NCBI GenBank assembly: GCA_964525295.1
Contig: CAZGEO010000001.1
Span: 440,662-504,661, forward strand
From: an uncultured Candidatus Saccharibacteria bacterium
Lineage (GTDB): Bacteria; Patescibacteriota; Dojkabacteria; GCA-002793355
Direction: 5' to 3'
DNA length: 64,000 nt
Part shown: in pieces, positions 1 to 10,249 of the stretch
How positions within the stretch are numbered: the first letter of the stretch is position 1
Layout of the letters: the number at the start of each line of letters is the position of its first letter
Position numbers and translations under genes: made by a program
Notes under the pieces: generated by a model
Databases searched by the model: none
What the model was told of the DNA's origin: nothing
What the model saw: the letters and a program-made list of their open reading frames with translations, nothing else

Positions 1-878
1 ATAATTGTAATCAATAATTTCTGTTGTTTATTTAGAATAATATACTGGCCATTCGAGCCATCTCTAAATACAAATCCATCCCTTGATATAAAGGTAAAGA
101 ATCCGCCAAAGATTTTCGGAAGAACACGCTCTGATTTGTATTCAGTTGTAGATTCAATTTGAGATGAACACATTTGTTTAATCCATTTGGAAGGAACTAT
201 TTGATAATTTTCATATTTTCCATCAAATAGTAGCAATTGACCAATTTTATGAAAATCTGAATGCTTCAAATAAAGTCCAGTAGCACCTATGCAATATTTT
301 CCGTAGTTTTCCCATTTATATTCATATATTCCTAGCGGTTTGAAAATATGCTCATATACAAAATCAGATAAATTTACTGAAAAAGCTTCCTCAAAGATAA
401 CTGATAAAAGAAATGGTTCAACATTGTTATATGCATACCTTGTTCCGACTTCATAAGGTATTTCGTAATTTAATGCGTAGCTAAGTATTTCAGATTTTTG
501 TACTTCTGCAATATATCTCTCTGACAGCATTTGTCTTTCGTAACCTGTCGTATGTGTTAGCAAATTCCTTACAGTCCATCTTTGAATTTTTGCCAAATTA
601 CTTAAATCTTTAATGGTTACTAAATTTTTGATTATCGGATAAATTTTAGTTTCAAGAGATAATGGAACACCATTAATTTTCATTTTTTTCTCAATTGCAA
701 TTCCCACTGCCATAGCAGTAAGTACTTTTGAAGTTGATCGCATTTCATGAAGCGATTCGCTATTGAAAAAATATTTATCAATTGAATTTTGCTTTTGAAT
801 AAAAATACTATCAACCTTTATAGATGAACTTTTTGAAAGATTATCTTTATTTGTAATAAATTTTTCGATTGTTATCAT
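1..878 (-). CDS. Beta-lactamase-related serine hydrolase (PF00144-like). The 3' end runs off the window edge, so the CDS is partial.
   Basis: Hand translation from the ATG at 878 on the minus strand gives MITIEKFITNKDN... followed by an S-T-S-K (SxxK) active-site motif and a downstream YxN-like motif (AYNN). The reading frame stays open to position 1. This ORF is not in the supplied track, probably because it is edge-truncated. Confidence 0.55.
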   Translation of the reverse strand, partial: MITIEKFITNKDNLSKSSSIKVDSIFIQKQNSIDKYFFNSESLHEMRSTSKVLTAMAVGIAIEKKMKINGVPLSLETKIYPIIKNLVTIKDLSNLAKIQRWTVRNLLTHTTGYERQMLSERYIAEVQKSEILSYALNYEIPYEVGTRYAYNNVEPFLLSVIFEEAFSVNLSDFVYEHIFKPLGIYEYKWENYGKYCIGATGLYLKHSDFHKIGQLLLFDGKYENYQIVPSKWIKQMCSSQIESTTEYKSERVLPKIFGGFFTFISRDGFVFRDGSNGQYIILNKQQKLLITI

Positions 879-1062
879 AATTCATTCAATTATATTTTAA
901 AGTTTGAAATTTACCAAACTTTGTTTGAAGTGTTTCTAAGGAATCACAATTTTTCCATTTATTATTGCGGTTAGGACCTCCTCCAGTGCCCCGATTATTA
1001 TTCCCCAGTTCCAACATGATACGGTTCTATTCATCTTTCATCAGAAAAGGTAAAATACATAT

Positions 1063-1413
1063 ATGCGCAAACCTTTTAAAAGAAACCTCAACGAAATCAA
1101 GATTGAAGATGCTCATGGCGGAAGTGGAAGAAGGCAAGTGCTTCTATCAAAGAAAGATCCCATTGCATCACAAATGGATGCAATGACTAAAGGTTTTCTA
1201 CCTCCTTACGGTGTTTTCGATTGGCATAAACACGAGAATGTTGATGAATTTTTCCTCGTTTTACAGGGTAATGGAATAATTGAATTTGAAAACAATTCCA
1301 CCATAAAATATCGTATTGACGATATAATCTATATCCCTGCAAATACAAATCATAGAATCGAGAACTTAAGCGACACAGAAAGTGTATTTTATTTTGTGAG
1401 AGTGAATCAGTAA
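1063..1413 (+). CDS. Cupin-domain protein
   Basis: Conserved-barrel motifs HKHENVDEFFLVLQG...IPANTNHRIEN are typical of the two cupin metal-binding motifs. Confidence 0.6.
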   Translation: MRKPFKRNLNEIKIEDAHGGSGRRQVLLSKKDPIASQMDAMTKGFLPPYGVFDWHKHENVDEFFLVLQGNGIIEFENNSTIKYRIDDIIYIPANTNHRIENLSDTESVFYFVRVNQ

Positions 1414-1466
1414 ATTATCGCCTTCACACAATTGTCGTCTCCCCTCCTAACGATATATAATACCCC

Positions 1467-2411
1467 ATGTTTCTTCGCAAACTTCTTTTCAACCATTTCA
1501 AAAATCAAGTACATAAAAAATGGCAGAGCATCACAATTCCAGATGAACTAAAAAATGAATTTAGTAACCTAGAAGAGCAAATTACCCTTTGCTTTGCAAA
1601 AACGACACATTGGCACGGAACTGGCCGTTATCATTATGACACTCAAGGCAATTCTAAATATTCAAATCAACTATCAAACAAAACGATCGACGTTCTCGCA
1701 CAAATAATTACCGATAACGGATTAAAACCACACGATGATCCTTGGGTAATTACAAATATGAAATATACCTCAACCATTTCAACTACAGAATGGCGAATGT
1801 ATGCACGCGTATATGCTGAATTACACTCATCAGAGAAATATCCAATCTTGTATACCTTTGGCGCACGAAAAGATATTGTTAATTTCTTCCTCTACTACAC
1901 TCTGCTCTCTTCACCACCAATTGCATACTACAAAGGACTTGGAGCAGCATTCAGCAAAAAACGTTTTGGAAATAAGGGACCTATCTGGGCTAAGACTATT
2001 AATAACTCAATTGAAAGCAAAGGGAATGCCTTTACCGATTTACTCGATATTCTTGGCGAATGCACCAGTAATATAAATGAAAACTATGGAATTCTATTTG
2101 GAATAAACGCTTTAAAGCTAAAGTATGCACAAATTAATCCAATTATTGCAATGTTTGAAACAAGGTTCACAGAACTAGTTTCCTTCGATCACATCACGCA
2201 CATTGAGGTTCCTCTCCGTAAAGTTTCTGAAATCAAAGCGCTATTAAATGAACATGCAATCGAAATTCCTGTACTCCCAATTGAATTATGTGAGATGTAT
2301 GCAGCAAATCTTCCTATTCAATTTTCTGCACAGAATAACGAGCTACCGCAATTCCCCTACGACAAACTTGTTACGCACTACAAAGGTACAGAAACGATTC
2401 GGCATCCCTAA
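1467..2411 (+). CDS. Hypothetical protein
   Basis: 314-aa ORF with no recognisable motifs. Confidence 0.4.
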   Translation: MFLRKLLFNHFKNQVHKKWQSITIPDELKNEFSNLEEQITLCFAKTTHWHGTGRYHYDTQGNSKYSNQLSNKTIDVLAQIITDNGLKPHDDPWVITNMKYTSTISTTEWRMYARVYAELHSSEKYPILYTFGARKDIVNFFLYYTLLSSPPIAYYKGLGAAFSKKRFGNKGPIWAKTINNSIESKGNAFTDLLDILGECTSNINENYGILFGINALKLKYAQINPIIAMFETRFTELVSFDHITHIEVPLRKVSEIKALLNEHAIEIPVLPIELCEMYAANLPIQFSAQNNELPQFPYDKLVTHYKGTETIRHP

Positions 2412-2436
2412 AGCTTTCCTTACTTATCTGTCCACT

Positions 2437-3318
2437 TTAGCGTTTTCTAATCATTAACATTTCTTCAATATTTGGCAAAGCTGCCGACACAATAATTAAC
2501 GATGCTCCCGCCAAAACACTTGCTGACACAACCTCTCCAAAAAATAGTAATCCGAAAACAATACCGAAAATAATTTCCGCTAAGCCAATCAAACTTCCCT
2601 TACTCGCTTCAATATAGGCAAAACCTGCAATAGCAGAAATATTTGCTACTAGCATTGCGAACGCATAACCCAATTGAGCGAACCAAGGAACTAAATTCAC
2701 CATTTGTGGCAACGATTCGTTGAATATAATCGCCATCGGCAAGTTGAAAATTACTTGCATAATAAAATATCCAGCCATAACCTGGACTTCATGATAATTT
2801 TCAATTAACTTCTTTGGCATAACAACGGTAATAGCCCCCATAAACCCGGCAATGACCGTTGCAAATGCAGGAAAATATTGACCTGGTGATAATGTAAAGC
2901 CATAAATAACAAACATTCCCAGGAGTGCCACAACCAGACTGACAATTTTTACTCCTGTTAATTTTTCATTAAAAGCAACTTTACCAAGAATGTAACCTCC
3001 AACAACCAATGCAGCATAAAACAATAGAGTTGCGGTTCCAATTGTTAAATGCGCAAAACCAAAATAATATGGAGCTTGATTAAGCCCTCCTGCTAAAGCA
3101 ATTAATAAAAACCATTTTATATCTTGCAATTGGATTTTCTTCCAAACCTTCAGAAAACTTCCAATAATTGCGATAACCAATAACAGAAAAAGACCTCGAG
3201 TCCAAGCCTGTGAAAACTCTCCGAAATTTCCTATCATAAGACGTGACCAAATACCATAACTTCCATAAAAAAGTGCTGATATCAATATAAGCACTGTTCC
3301 TTTTGTATTTTTATTCAT
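2437..3318 (-). CDS. DMT/EamA-family membrane transporter
   Basis: About 10 predicted hydrophobic helices organised as two repeated halves, consistent with EamA-like architecture. Confidence 0.5.
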   Translation of the reverse strand: MNKNTKGTVLILISALFYGSYGIWSRLMIGNFGEFSQAWTRGLFLLLVIAIIGSFLKVWKKIQLQDIKWFLLIALAGGLNQAPYYFGFAHLTIGTATLLFYAALVVGGYILGKVAFNEKLTGVKIVSLVVALLGMFVIYGFTLSPGQYFPAFATVIAGFMGAITVVMPKKLIENYHEVQVMAGYFIMQVIFNLPMAIIFNESLPQMVNLVPWFAQLGYAFAMLVANISAIAGFAYIEASKGSLIGLAEIIFGIVFGLLFFGEVVSASVLAGASLIIVSAALPNIEEMLMIRKR

Positions 3319-3354
3319 ACTGTAATTATAAGTAAATCTACGTTATACTACAAT

Positions 3355-4170
3355 GTGATGTCCAAAAATATAGACAGTATAAAAAACAATTTTTCGCAAA
3401 TAGGAATTGAAAATGAACAAACAGATATATATCTAGAAATCTTACAAAATGGAAAGACTACAGCATTGAAACTTGCTCGCACTTTTACCATCCCCAGAAC
3501 CTCAGTTTACAGAATTTTGGACAGCTTACTTGAAAAAGGTCTTGTGATCGCGTCATTAGGAAATCGCGGAACCGAGTACTCAGCAACTGCTCCATCAAAT
3601 TTACAATTGCTCATTGATAGAAAAGAGGCTGAACTAACGAGGCAAAAACAGGTCATTGCTGAGCTACAATTATCGCTTTCTGAATTAGAAATTAAAAAGA
3701 GAAACAATAATCAAGTTTTCTATTACCATGGCATAGAAGGGCTCAAGCAAGTAACGTACAATTCACTTCACGCGACAGGAGAATTGTGCACATACGAACT
3801 AGAAACAATGAATGCCTTTCTTTCATTCGAGGAGGCCGAAAAATACAGAGAAAGATTTATAGACCGCAAGGTAAAAATCAGAACATTAACGAATGCAAAA
3901 GAAATCAAACCATGGACAGAGAAAACCGAAATGGTGAAGTATTACTGGGAAATTAGACACCTATCTCCGCTACAAAATCCTTTTCGTTTTGAGATTCTTC
4001 TTTATAACGATATCTATGCAATGTATAAATATGTTGACAATGACATTTTTTGCATTGAAATTCAAAGTCAAGAACTCGCCGACATGCAAAAACAATTGTT
4101 CGAATACTTATGGCGCAATGCTACCCCATTTACCATTCACAATCTAAGAGGCGAGGCCAGTATTTCGTAA
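3355..4170 (+). CDS. TrmB-family HTH transcriptional regulator
   Basis: N-terminal segment TALKLARTFTIPRTSVYRILDSLLEKGLV matches the TrmB winged-helix signature and is followed by a coiled-coil region. Confidence 0.6.
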   Translation: MMSKNIDSIKNNFSQIGIENEQTDIYLEILQNGKTTALKLARTFTIPRTSVYRILDSLLEKGLVIASLGNRGTEYSATAPSNLQLLIDRKEAELTRQKQVIAELQLSLSELEIKKRNNNQVFYYHGIEGLKQVTYNSLHATGELCTYELETMNAFLSFEEAEKYRERFIDRKVKIRTLTNAKEIKPWTEKTEMVKYYWEIRHLSPLQNPFRFEILLYNDIYAMYKYVDNDIFCIEIQSQELADMQKQLFEYLWRNATPFTIHNLRGEASIS

Positions 4171-4200
4171 CTTTATTCGACATACTTCACTTTCCTATAG

Positions 4201-4209
4201 TGGTATAAT
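4201..4209 (+). promoter_or_regulatory. Candidate extended -10 promoter element (TGGTATAAT) upstream of the ABC exporter gene
   Basis: TGnTATAAT lies 42 bp upstream of the ATG at 4251. No convincing -35 element is seen. Confidence 0.3.
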
Positions 4210-4250
4210 TCATCAGCGCTAATTCTTGAGCTAACTTAGCAAATTTTCCT

Positions 4251-6065
4251 ATGCCTAAAAAGAACAATACTTTTCTACCCAAACTACGTAGATTCATTGA
4301 CGTTCAGATTTGGATTCAGCAATTGCGATTCAAAGCTTTAAAATGGTGGTATTTTGTTGAAATATTTGAAACTCTAATTGACAGAACGTGGCCAATATTT
4401 AGTAGCTTCTTGCAAGGACTCGTCATCAACGAAGTCGTTCGCGTAGCACTTGCTACTGAAAAGAACCTCACACACTTGCTACAGATAATTGCAATACAAC
4501 AAGGAATTTATCTGCTACGTCGAATTATTCAATTTGCGTATGATCGTAATTACTGGTTATTGAGTCAACGTCAATTTACGCTTCACCTACAAAATGAATT
4601 CTTAGTGAAAGTATCGGGCTTAAATTGGGAGCACATTGAAACGCCAGAAACAGAAAAGCATATCAATATTATGATGCAACGTGCATGGTCACACATTCAA
4701 CAGGCAGCAGCGATTCATTTCGAAATTATCGCAATCATTATTGGAGCAATCTTTGCTTTCCAACTCGGCCAAGTACCTTGGTACATCGTCGCTTTTGTAA
4801 TTGCTAAAAACATTCCTTATGCCGTACTCGATGTCATTTCAAGTAAACTCATGTATGCATTTACTGACAGAAGACTCGCCGACAACATGCAAATCGAATG
4901 GATTTTCAGCTACTTTAGAGATTTTAAAACGCTTCTTGAAATCAAAATTTCAAATGCAGCAACGCCATTGATCACTCTCCGTGACAAAATTGTGCAAGTA
5001 ATTAACAAAGATCAATGGAAAACTCAACATAAAACTACCCCGCCATACATTTTTGCATTGATATTTGATATCGCAACAACCGCTGGTGTAGCACTCTACT
5101 ATATGCGAAAGGTCATTTTTGAAGGAATGCAGATTGGTACTTTCAACTTTACGACTTCAGCAGTATTTAATGTTGGTGATTCATTTAGCCGGGTTCTCCG
5201 TCGAATAAATCAACTTACCGAAGGTTACCGCTACGTTAAACACGCCTACTTACTAATGCACTTGGAAAACAAACAACCCGATGGAGATATCGAGTTCTCA
5301 GGAGATTACGTAAAAATTGAATTTAAAGACGTTTGGTTTAAATATCCCGCCTCAGAAGCCTGGGCGTTAAAAGGGGTATCCTTCACTATCGAAGACAACG
5401 ATAGAATTGCGATTGTTGGAGAAAACGGGGCAGGCAAATCGACGTTCTTAAAATTACTAATGCTCGCATATTATCCAACAAAGGGGCAAATACTTATTAA
5501 TGATATACCCGTAGAGAAATATAAGAAGAGCTCTCTTTATAACGCAATTTCTTTAGTATCACAAGAATTCGCCCAATTTGGCGCACAAACAATTGCACAA
5601 AACATTGCAATTTACGGTGATATTGAAAATATTCAAGAAGAGAAGATGCAACAAGCTGCTGAATACTCTACAGCAAGTGATTTCATCGAAAAATTACCTA
5701 AAAAATATGACACCGTTTTAACAAAGCGCATTGAAGGAGGAACAGAACTTTCGACTGGTCAATGGCAACGAATCGCAATTGCGCGACAATTCTATGGAAA
5801 TCGACCACTTGTAGTTCTTGACGAACCAACAGCAAGTATTGATCCAATAGCAGAGGGAAAAATCTTCTCTAACCTATATACTCACGTTAAAAACAAAACC
5901 GTCATAGTCGTTTCTCATCGTTACAATACTGTGCAATCAGCAAAAAAGATTCTAGTCTTCCAAGATGGACAGATAATCGAGAATGGTACTCATAAATCCC
6001 TTCTCGAAGCGAATGGATATTATGCAAAAGCTTATAAGGTACAACAAGAAGAGAAGGAACTGTAA
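4251..6065 (+). CDS. ABC exporter with fused transmembrane and ATP-binding domains
   Basis: Walker A motif GENGAGKST, ABC signature LSTGQWQRIAIAR, and Walker B motif LVVLDEPTASID. The N-terminal ~330 aa are hydrophobic. Confidence 0.85.
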   Translation: MPKKNNTFLPKLRRFIDVQIWIQQLRFKALKWWYFVEIFETLIDRTWPIFSSFLQGLVINEVVRVALATEKNLTHLLQIIAIQQGIYLLRRIIQFAYDRNYWLLSQRQFTLHLQNEFLVKVSGLNWEHIETPETEKHINIMMQRAWSHIQQAAAIHFEIIAIIIGAIFAFQLGQVPWYIVAFVIAKNIPYAVLDVISSKLMYAFTDRRLADNMQIEWIFSYFRDFKTLLEIKISNAATPLITLRDKIVQVINKDQWKTQHKTTPPYIFALIFDIATTAGVALYYMRKVIFEGMQIGTFNFTTSAVFNVGDSFSRVLRRINQLTEGYRYVKHAYLLMHLENKQPDGDIEFSGDYVKIEFKDVWFKYPASEAWALKGVSFTIEDNDRIAIVGENGAGKSTFLKLLMLAYYPTKGQILINDIPVEKYKKSSLYNAISLVSQEFAQFGAQTIAQNIAIYGDIENIQEEKMQQAAEYSTASDFIEKLPKKYDTVLTKRIEGGTELSTGQWQRIAIARQFYGNRPLVVLDEPTASIDPIAEGKIFSNLYTHVKNKTVIVVSHRYNTVQSAKKILVFQDGQIIENGTHKSLLEANGYYAKAYKVQQEEKEL

Positions 6066-6069
6066 GTAG

Positions 6070-6651
6070 TTATTTTTCAAAAATTTCCGTAGCGCCAAAA
6101 GTGTAGATATCATAGCTATGTAGTGATTTTCTTCGAATGCCAATTCTTAATTTCAGCGCTCGAATCATTGAGTCATATTCATTAAATTCTTTGACTTCAC
6201 AAGGTAGCATAAATGCTCTTCTTCCCCTTGATTCAAGTACCACGCCACAATCATTTTGTTGGATGAAAGATATTGTATCACTCTCACTTCCAATCATTTT
6301 GTTTAAAATTTTTGGAAAGATTATATGAATGCGAACTTCATTGAGCTCATATGGTTTCAATCTAGGTACGTTAGGATCAAAGAAAGCGGCATTAACGCCC
6401 AATTGAATAAGAGTTTTTCCTAATCCTTCTACTGCCTCAAAAACTCCGCTGGAGCCTCTAATCAATTTCTTGCCTTTATTGTCATAATGGACAAGTAAAA
6501 CAAAACAAGGATGATTCTCTGATAATTTCTGTTCAACTTCCACTGAGACTTTCACTTTGTCAATTTGCAACAACTCTTTAGTCTCAAAAAAATGCTCAAT
6601 CGAATGTCGTACCAGTTCGATCATCTTTTGAGAAATTTCCTCTGAAAACAT
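6070..6651 (-). CDS. AMMECR1-domain protein
   Basis: HPCFVLLVHY...LIRGSSG...FDPNVPRLKPYELNEVRIHI resembles AMMECR1 motifs (CFVTL, LRGCIG, DPRFPPL), but the Cys of the RGC motif is replaced by Ser. Confidence 0.5.
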   Translation of the reverse strand: MFSEEISQKMIELVRHSIEHFFETKELLQIDKVKVSVEVEQKLSENHPCFVLLVHYDNKGKKLIRGSSGVFEAVEGLGKTLIQLGVNAAFFDPNVPRLKPYELNEVRIHIIFPKILNKMIGSESDTISFIQQNDCGVVLESRGRRAFMLPCEVKEFNEYDSMIRALKLRIGIRRKSLHSYDIYTFGATEIFEK

Positions 6652-6669
6652 TCAGTAGTATAATAAGCT

Positions 6670-7407
6670 ATGAAGAATATTACAATTACCTCTCCTTCGC
6701 AAGAGCTTGAAAAGTTCGACGCTTACTTTATTAAAGGAATGTTGTTTTACTACATTCTTCTCGGTATTTGCGTATTCTTAGTTGATGTAAAAGTAATTGT
6801 TAGTGTCGCAAATACACTTTTAGAATTGATACTAATTATAGTATTGTGTCTTGTAATCGCATTCGCACTTTTAGTTGCTCCTGTTTTTCTTTCAAAATTT
6901 TTACGTAAAAAATTCATACAAAACGCTGAAAGAGTAATCATAAATGATTCCTCACTACTCCTCAGCAAAGGGCAAGAAACAATAAAAATTATTAACATTC
7001 ATGATATCGAAAAAGTTTATCTCTCTACTTATTTCTGCGATCCAGCTGAGCCACAAAAAAAAGATGGAAAATTTACTGGTTACACTTTTCTTCTCGTGAA
7101 ATTCAACAAGTTTCAGGAAATTCCAAAAAACTTTCTACAAAACAATTCCCCTGTGACAAATAGATTACTCGCTACGTCTAGTGAATTTAGCTCAGCGATT
7201 GGGCCTAATGTTGATTATGATTGGGCAATCAATGTCAGCACAACAGAAGACAAAGATTTTGATATGAAAATTTTCACAAAACTATTTGGTGAACCTGTAG
7301 CAGTTGGGCCTTTCATAATGACTGAAGACATCGACAAGTACAATGCTTATCTGAGGGAGTGGTTTGACGACGAGTCAGTAAAAAAATTCACCCTAGAGCA
7401 ACGTTAA
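6670..7407 (+). CDS. Hypothetical membrane protein with two N-terminal transmembrane helices
   Basis: Hydrophobic N-terminus followed by a soluble domain. No recognisable motifs. Confidence 0.4.
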   Translation: MKNITITSPSQELEKFDAYFIKGMLFYYILLGICVFLVDVKVIVSVANTLLELILIIVLCLVIAFALLVAPVFLSKFLRKKFIQNAERVIINDSSLLLSKGQETIKIINIHDIEKVYLSTYFCDPAEPQKKDGKFTGYTFLLVKFNKFQEIPKNFLQNNSPVTNRLLATSSEFSSAIGPNVDYDWAINVSTTEDKDFDMKIFTKLFGEPVAVGPFIMTEDIDKYNAYLREWFDDESVKKFTLEQR

Positions 7408-8211
7408 TGCTCCTTTAAGCGCAACAATATCACCGCCTTTTAGCACTTTGCTACCCGCCAACACGAGCTCAGTAATCAGAATTGTGCCATCTATAACTCC
7501 AACTGCCAACCCCGCCTTTTTGATAAATTGCCACTCCCCTGGCTTTAAATTCGTAATTTCTGATTTCTCTGCTCGGATAATATTCATCGTAGTTTCAGTA
7601 TTGTTTTTGAGCACTTTTAGCCACGCCAAGGGCTCTGGATTGTATGCGCGCACAGAGTTGATGAACGTGGAAGAACTCATCAATGCTGGACGTAGCTCTG
7701 CATTATCTCTGTTCAATAATTTCATGTAACAAAAGGTTGGCTCTCCTGTTTGTTCGGAATAGATCCACTCATTAACTGGTTTTTCAAATAATAATTGCAT
7801 TAAAAATGGTAGCCCAGCATCCATGCGAGACTGTAATTCACCTGCTGTTTCACCTTCTTTTATATCAATTGGAAATTGTAAAACGACAGGACCAGCATCC
7901 ATTTTATCAATCATTTTTTGGATCGTGATCCCCGTTCTTATTTCTCCTGCAAGTATTGCAGCTTCGACTGGAGTTGCCCCACGATATTTTGGTAACAAAG
8001 AAAAGTGAATATTTATCAAATGTAATTTTTCAAGTAATTCTCTTGGAATAATTTTGCCAAAATCATACGTGATTCCTAAATCGCCATCGACTGGCTTATA
8101 TGTTGCTAGAAATTGATCAAAATCGGCTTTGCCAATAAGCGTTACTGGAATATTTTGTTCAACAAAATACTTCAGTAATGTTTTTGGTGTTGATGAAAAT
8201 AAATAAATCAT
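7393..8211 (-). CDS. fmt: Methionyl-tRNA formyltransferase
   Basis: Motif HFSLLPKYRGATP matches the formyltransferase catalytic H/SLLP/RG signature, and a C-terminal Fmt domain is present. The ORF track extends the start to 8244 (a GTG), but that extension runs through a terminator hairpin. The ATG at 8211 (MIYLFSSTPK...) is the more plausible start. Confidence 0.75.
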   Translation of the reverse strand: MIYLFSSTPKTLLKYFVEQNIPVTLIGKADFDQFLATYKPVDGDLGITYDFGKIIPRELLEKLHLINIHFSLLPKYRGATPVEAAILAGEIRTGITIQKMIDKMDAGPVVLQFPIDIKEGETAGELQSRMDAGLPFLMQLLFEKPVNEWIYSEQTGEPTFCYMKLLNRDNAELRPALMSSSTFINSVRAYNPEPLAWLKVLKNNTETTMNIIRAEKSEITNLKPGEWQFIKKAGLAVGVIDGTILITELVLAGSKVLKGGDIVALKGALTLL

Positions 8212-8220
8212 AATAGTAAC

Positions 8221-8247
8221 GAAGTGGCGGGCTTCGCCCGCCACTTC
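8221..8247 (-). terminator. Probable intrinsic terminator hairpin for the upstream SPFH gene
   Basis: Perfect inverted repeat GAAGUGGCGGGC-GAAG-GCCCGCCACUUC, about 5 bp past the stop at 8254, followed on the transcript by a U-rich tract (GUUACUAUUAUGAUUUAUUUAUUUU). Confidence 0.6.
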
Positions 8248-8253
8248 ACTAAC

Positions 8254-9147
8254 CTATTTAGTTACTGAACTTTTGGCAGCATTTGCTTCGAGTGCAGCAG
8301 TTAACTGCTGAAGCATGTTATTGGCTCCTTCTGGTGCAGGATCCATAAACATGACCTTTGCATTTGGTGACATGCCGATTGCTTTAACAGTATCAAAGTA
8401 TTGAGACATAACAATCAAGTTCATGACTTCGTGGGTATTAAGCCCTGGAACTCCTTTCATGTCGTCGATTGAGCGTTTCAAACCATCAATAATTGCTTGT
8501 CTTTCACCTGCGACACCTTCACCTAAAAGAATTCGTGATTCTTTCTCAGCTTCTGCTTCTTTAACGACTCGAACCTTCGATGCTTCCGATTCGTTTAATG
8601 CTGCTTCACGCAAACGTTGTGAGGCAACAACCTTGCTCATCGCATCAGTAATAATGGACGGAAAAACAATATCCATAACCTGAAAACCGTGCAAAACAAT
8701 ACCCCATTTTGCAAATTGTTCACTCAAATGTTCAAAAAGATAAGCTGCAATTTCTTCACGCTTCTCTAAAAGTTCTTCGTGTGTTTGAGTTGCAACAAAA
8801 CTTCGCACGTAGTTCTCTACAAACGATGCAATCGTTTGCTTTGGATCAGTTAAATCGTACCAATAGTTGGTAACTTTATCAACTTTAACGGCATAGATAA
8901 GGTTTGATTTCAAACGAACAGTAACCTTATCTTTTGATACTGCTTCCAATTCAAATAGAAAGTTTCGAACAGCTAGATTAATTGTAACTGCAATATTCTC
9001 AATAAGTGGCAATACTAGATTAAGCCCCGCAGAAAGCGTTCTATTATACTTTCCGAATAGTTGCACGATAGCAACATTGTTTTGAGGAACAATCTTGATC
9101 ATAGCGATCAATAAAATTGCGCCTGCAATGATAAACCAAATTGTCAT
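8254..9147 (-). CDS. SPFH/band-7 (stomatin/HflK-like) domain protein
   Basis: N-terminal transmembrane helix, then a band-7 domain and a C-terminal coiled coil rich in E/A/K. Confidence 0.7.
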   Translation of the reverse strand: MTIWFIIAGAILLIAMIKIVPQNNVAIVQLFGKYNRTLSAGLNLVLPLIENIAVTINLAVRNFLFELEAVSKDKVTVRLKSNLIYAVKVDKVTNYWYDLTDPKQTIASFVENYVRSFVATQTHEELLEKREEIAAYLFEHLSEQFAKWGIVLHGFQVMDIVFPSIITDAMSKVVASQRLREAALNESEASKVRVVKEAEAEKESRILLGEGVAGERQAIIDGLKRSIDDMKGVPGLNTHEVMNLIVMSQYFDTVKAIGMSPNAKVMFMDPAPEGANNMLQQLTAALEANAAKSSVTK

Positions 9148-9175
9148 AATTAGGCAAAATAATCTTATTACACGA

Positions 9176-10249
9176 TTATAGCATTTTATTTACCCTTTGT
9201 TGCACCAGAAGTACTTTTGATTTTTGCCTGCCCTCTGCTGCTATCAAATAAGATTGAAAATTTTTCTGTATTGCTAATTCCATCTCCATATTGTTTTCAT
9301 CTGTTCCTACACCATTTATGAATGCTAGCCTTGTTTGCATATTTAATGGCTCTTGAGGCATGTTCTTCTGAGATACAAGCACTGTAATGTTTGATTTATC
9401 AAACGGGACATAAACATACTGAATTTCTTTCCTGCTAAAAACCTTACCTTTTTTTAACCAATGACTATCGATACCAACTACAACACCATTGTTACCGAGA
9501 TAAACAATTCCTGGGAGTACCTCTTTAATGACGCCCGAAACTTCATTCTTCTTTATGGTGTGAATATCTTTGTACCAATATCTCTGCGTAGAGTACGCAT
9601 ACTTTTTCGAGCCAGGCGCATAATCAGGATGCTCAATTATCAATGTTTGCCAAGCCTGGCGATATTGAGACAAACTAGCGAAATTCTTTCCTAAAGCAAT
9701 ACCAACGTCTCCATATTCCGGGAGCAGACACTTCTCAGCTCCACTAAGGTTTAACGCATATTTCATAATATCTGGAAATTTTATCTCGAGCTGTCTTTTA
9801 TAAGTGGCAATATCGTCTAACTCCGATTTTTCCATACCCTTCGACACTAACGCGAAGCGCATACCCAGCGATGGTTTGAGATCGAACTCAAACTTCCCAG
9901 GATCAATAACTCGATATATTCTGTTAAAAGTTTTTCTGGAATGGTCGGGAACGTCAACAGCGAGCAGCGTTACGTGTCTATTGTGACTTTCAAAGGTTCC
10001 AATATATTGGCAAATTTCAGTATTTGAAGACTTAAATTCTTCGAAAAAGTTTTTCTCATCACCTGCAGATTTAAATTCCTTCTTCTTGCCATCTTTTACA
10101 ACAATGTAAGGCCCCTTATCTTTTCCCCAGTAAGTTGCCTCTTCTGTATAAGCGCCAAGAAACTCAGGACTCTTTCTCGGAGATCTATTAAATTTTAACG
10201 AATTTCCTGCCATGAGACGCATTATAGGATAGAGACGTGACTTATGCAA
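9176..10249 (-). CDS. Hypothetical protein
   Basis: 357-aa ORF with no recognisable motifs. Confidence 0.4.
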   Translation of the reverse strand: MHKSRLYPIMRLMAGNSLKFNRSPRKSPEFLGAYTEEATYWGKDKGPYIVVKDGKKKEFKSAGDEKNFFEEFKSSNTEICQYIGTFESHNRHVTLLAVDVPDHSRKTFNRIYRVIDPGKFEFDLKPSLGMRFALVSKGMEKSELDDIATYKRQLEIKFPDIMKYALNLSGAEKCLLPEYGDVGIALGKNFASLSQYRQAWQTLIIEHPDYAPGSKKYAYSTQRYWYKDIHTIKKNEVSGVIKEVLPGIVYLGNNGVVVGIDSHWLKKGKVFSRKEIQYVYVPFDKSNITVLVSQKNMPQEPLNMQTRLAFINGVGTDENNMEMELAIQKNFQSYLIAAEGRQKSKVLLVQQRVNKML

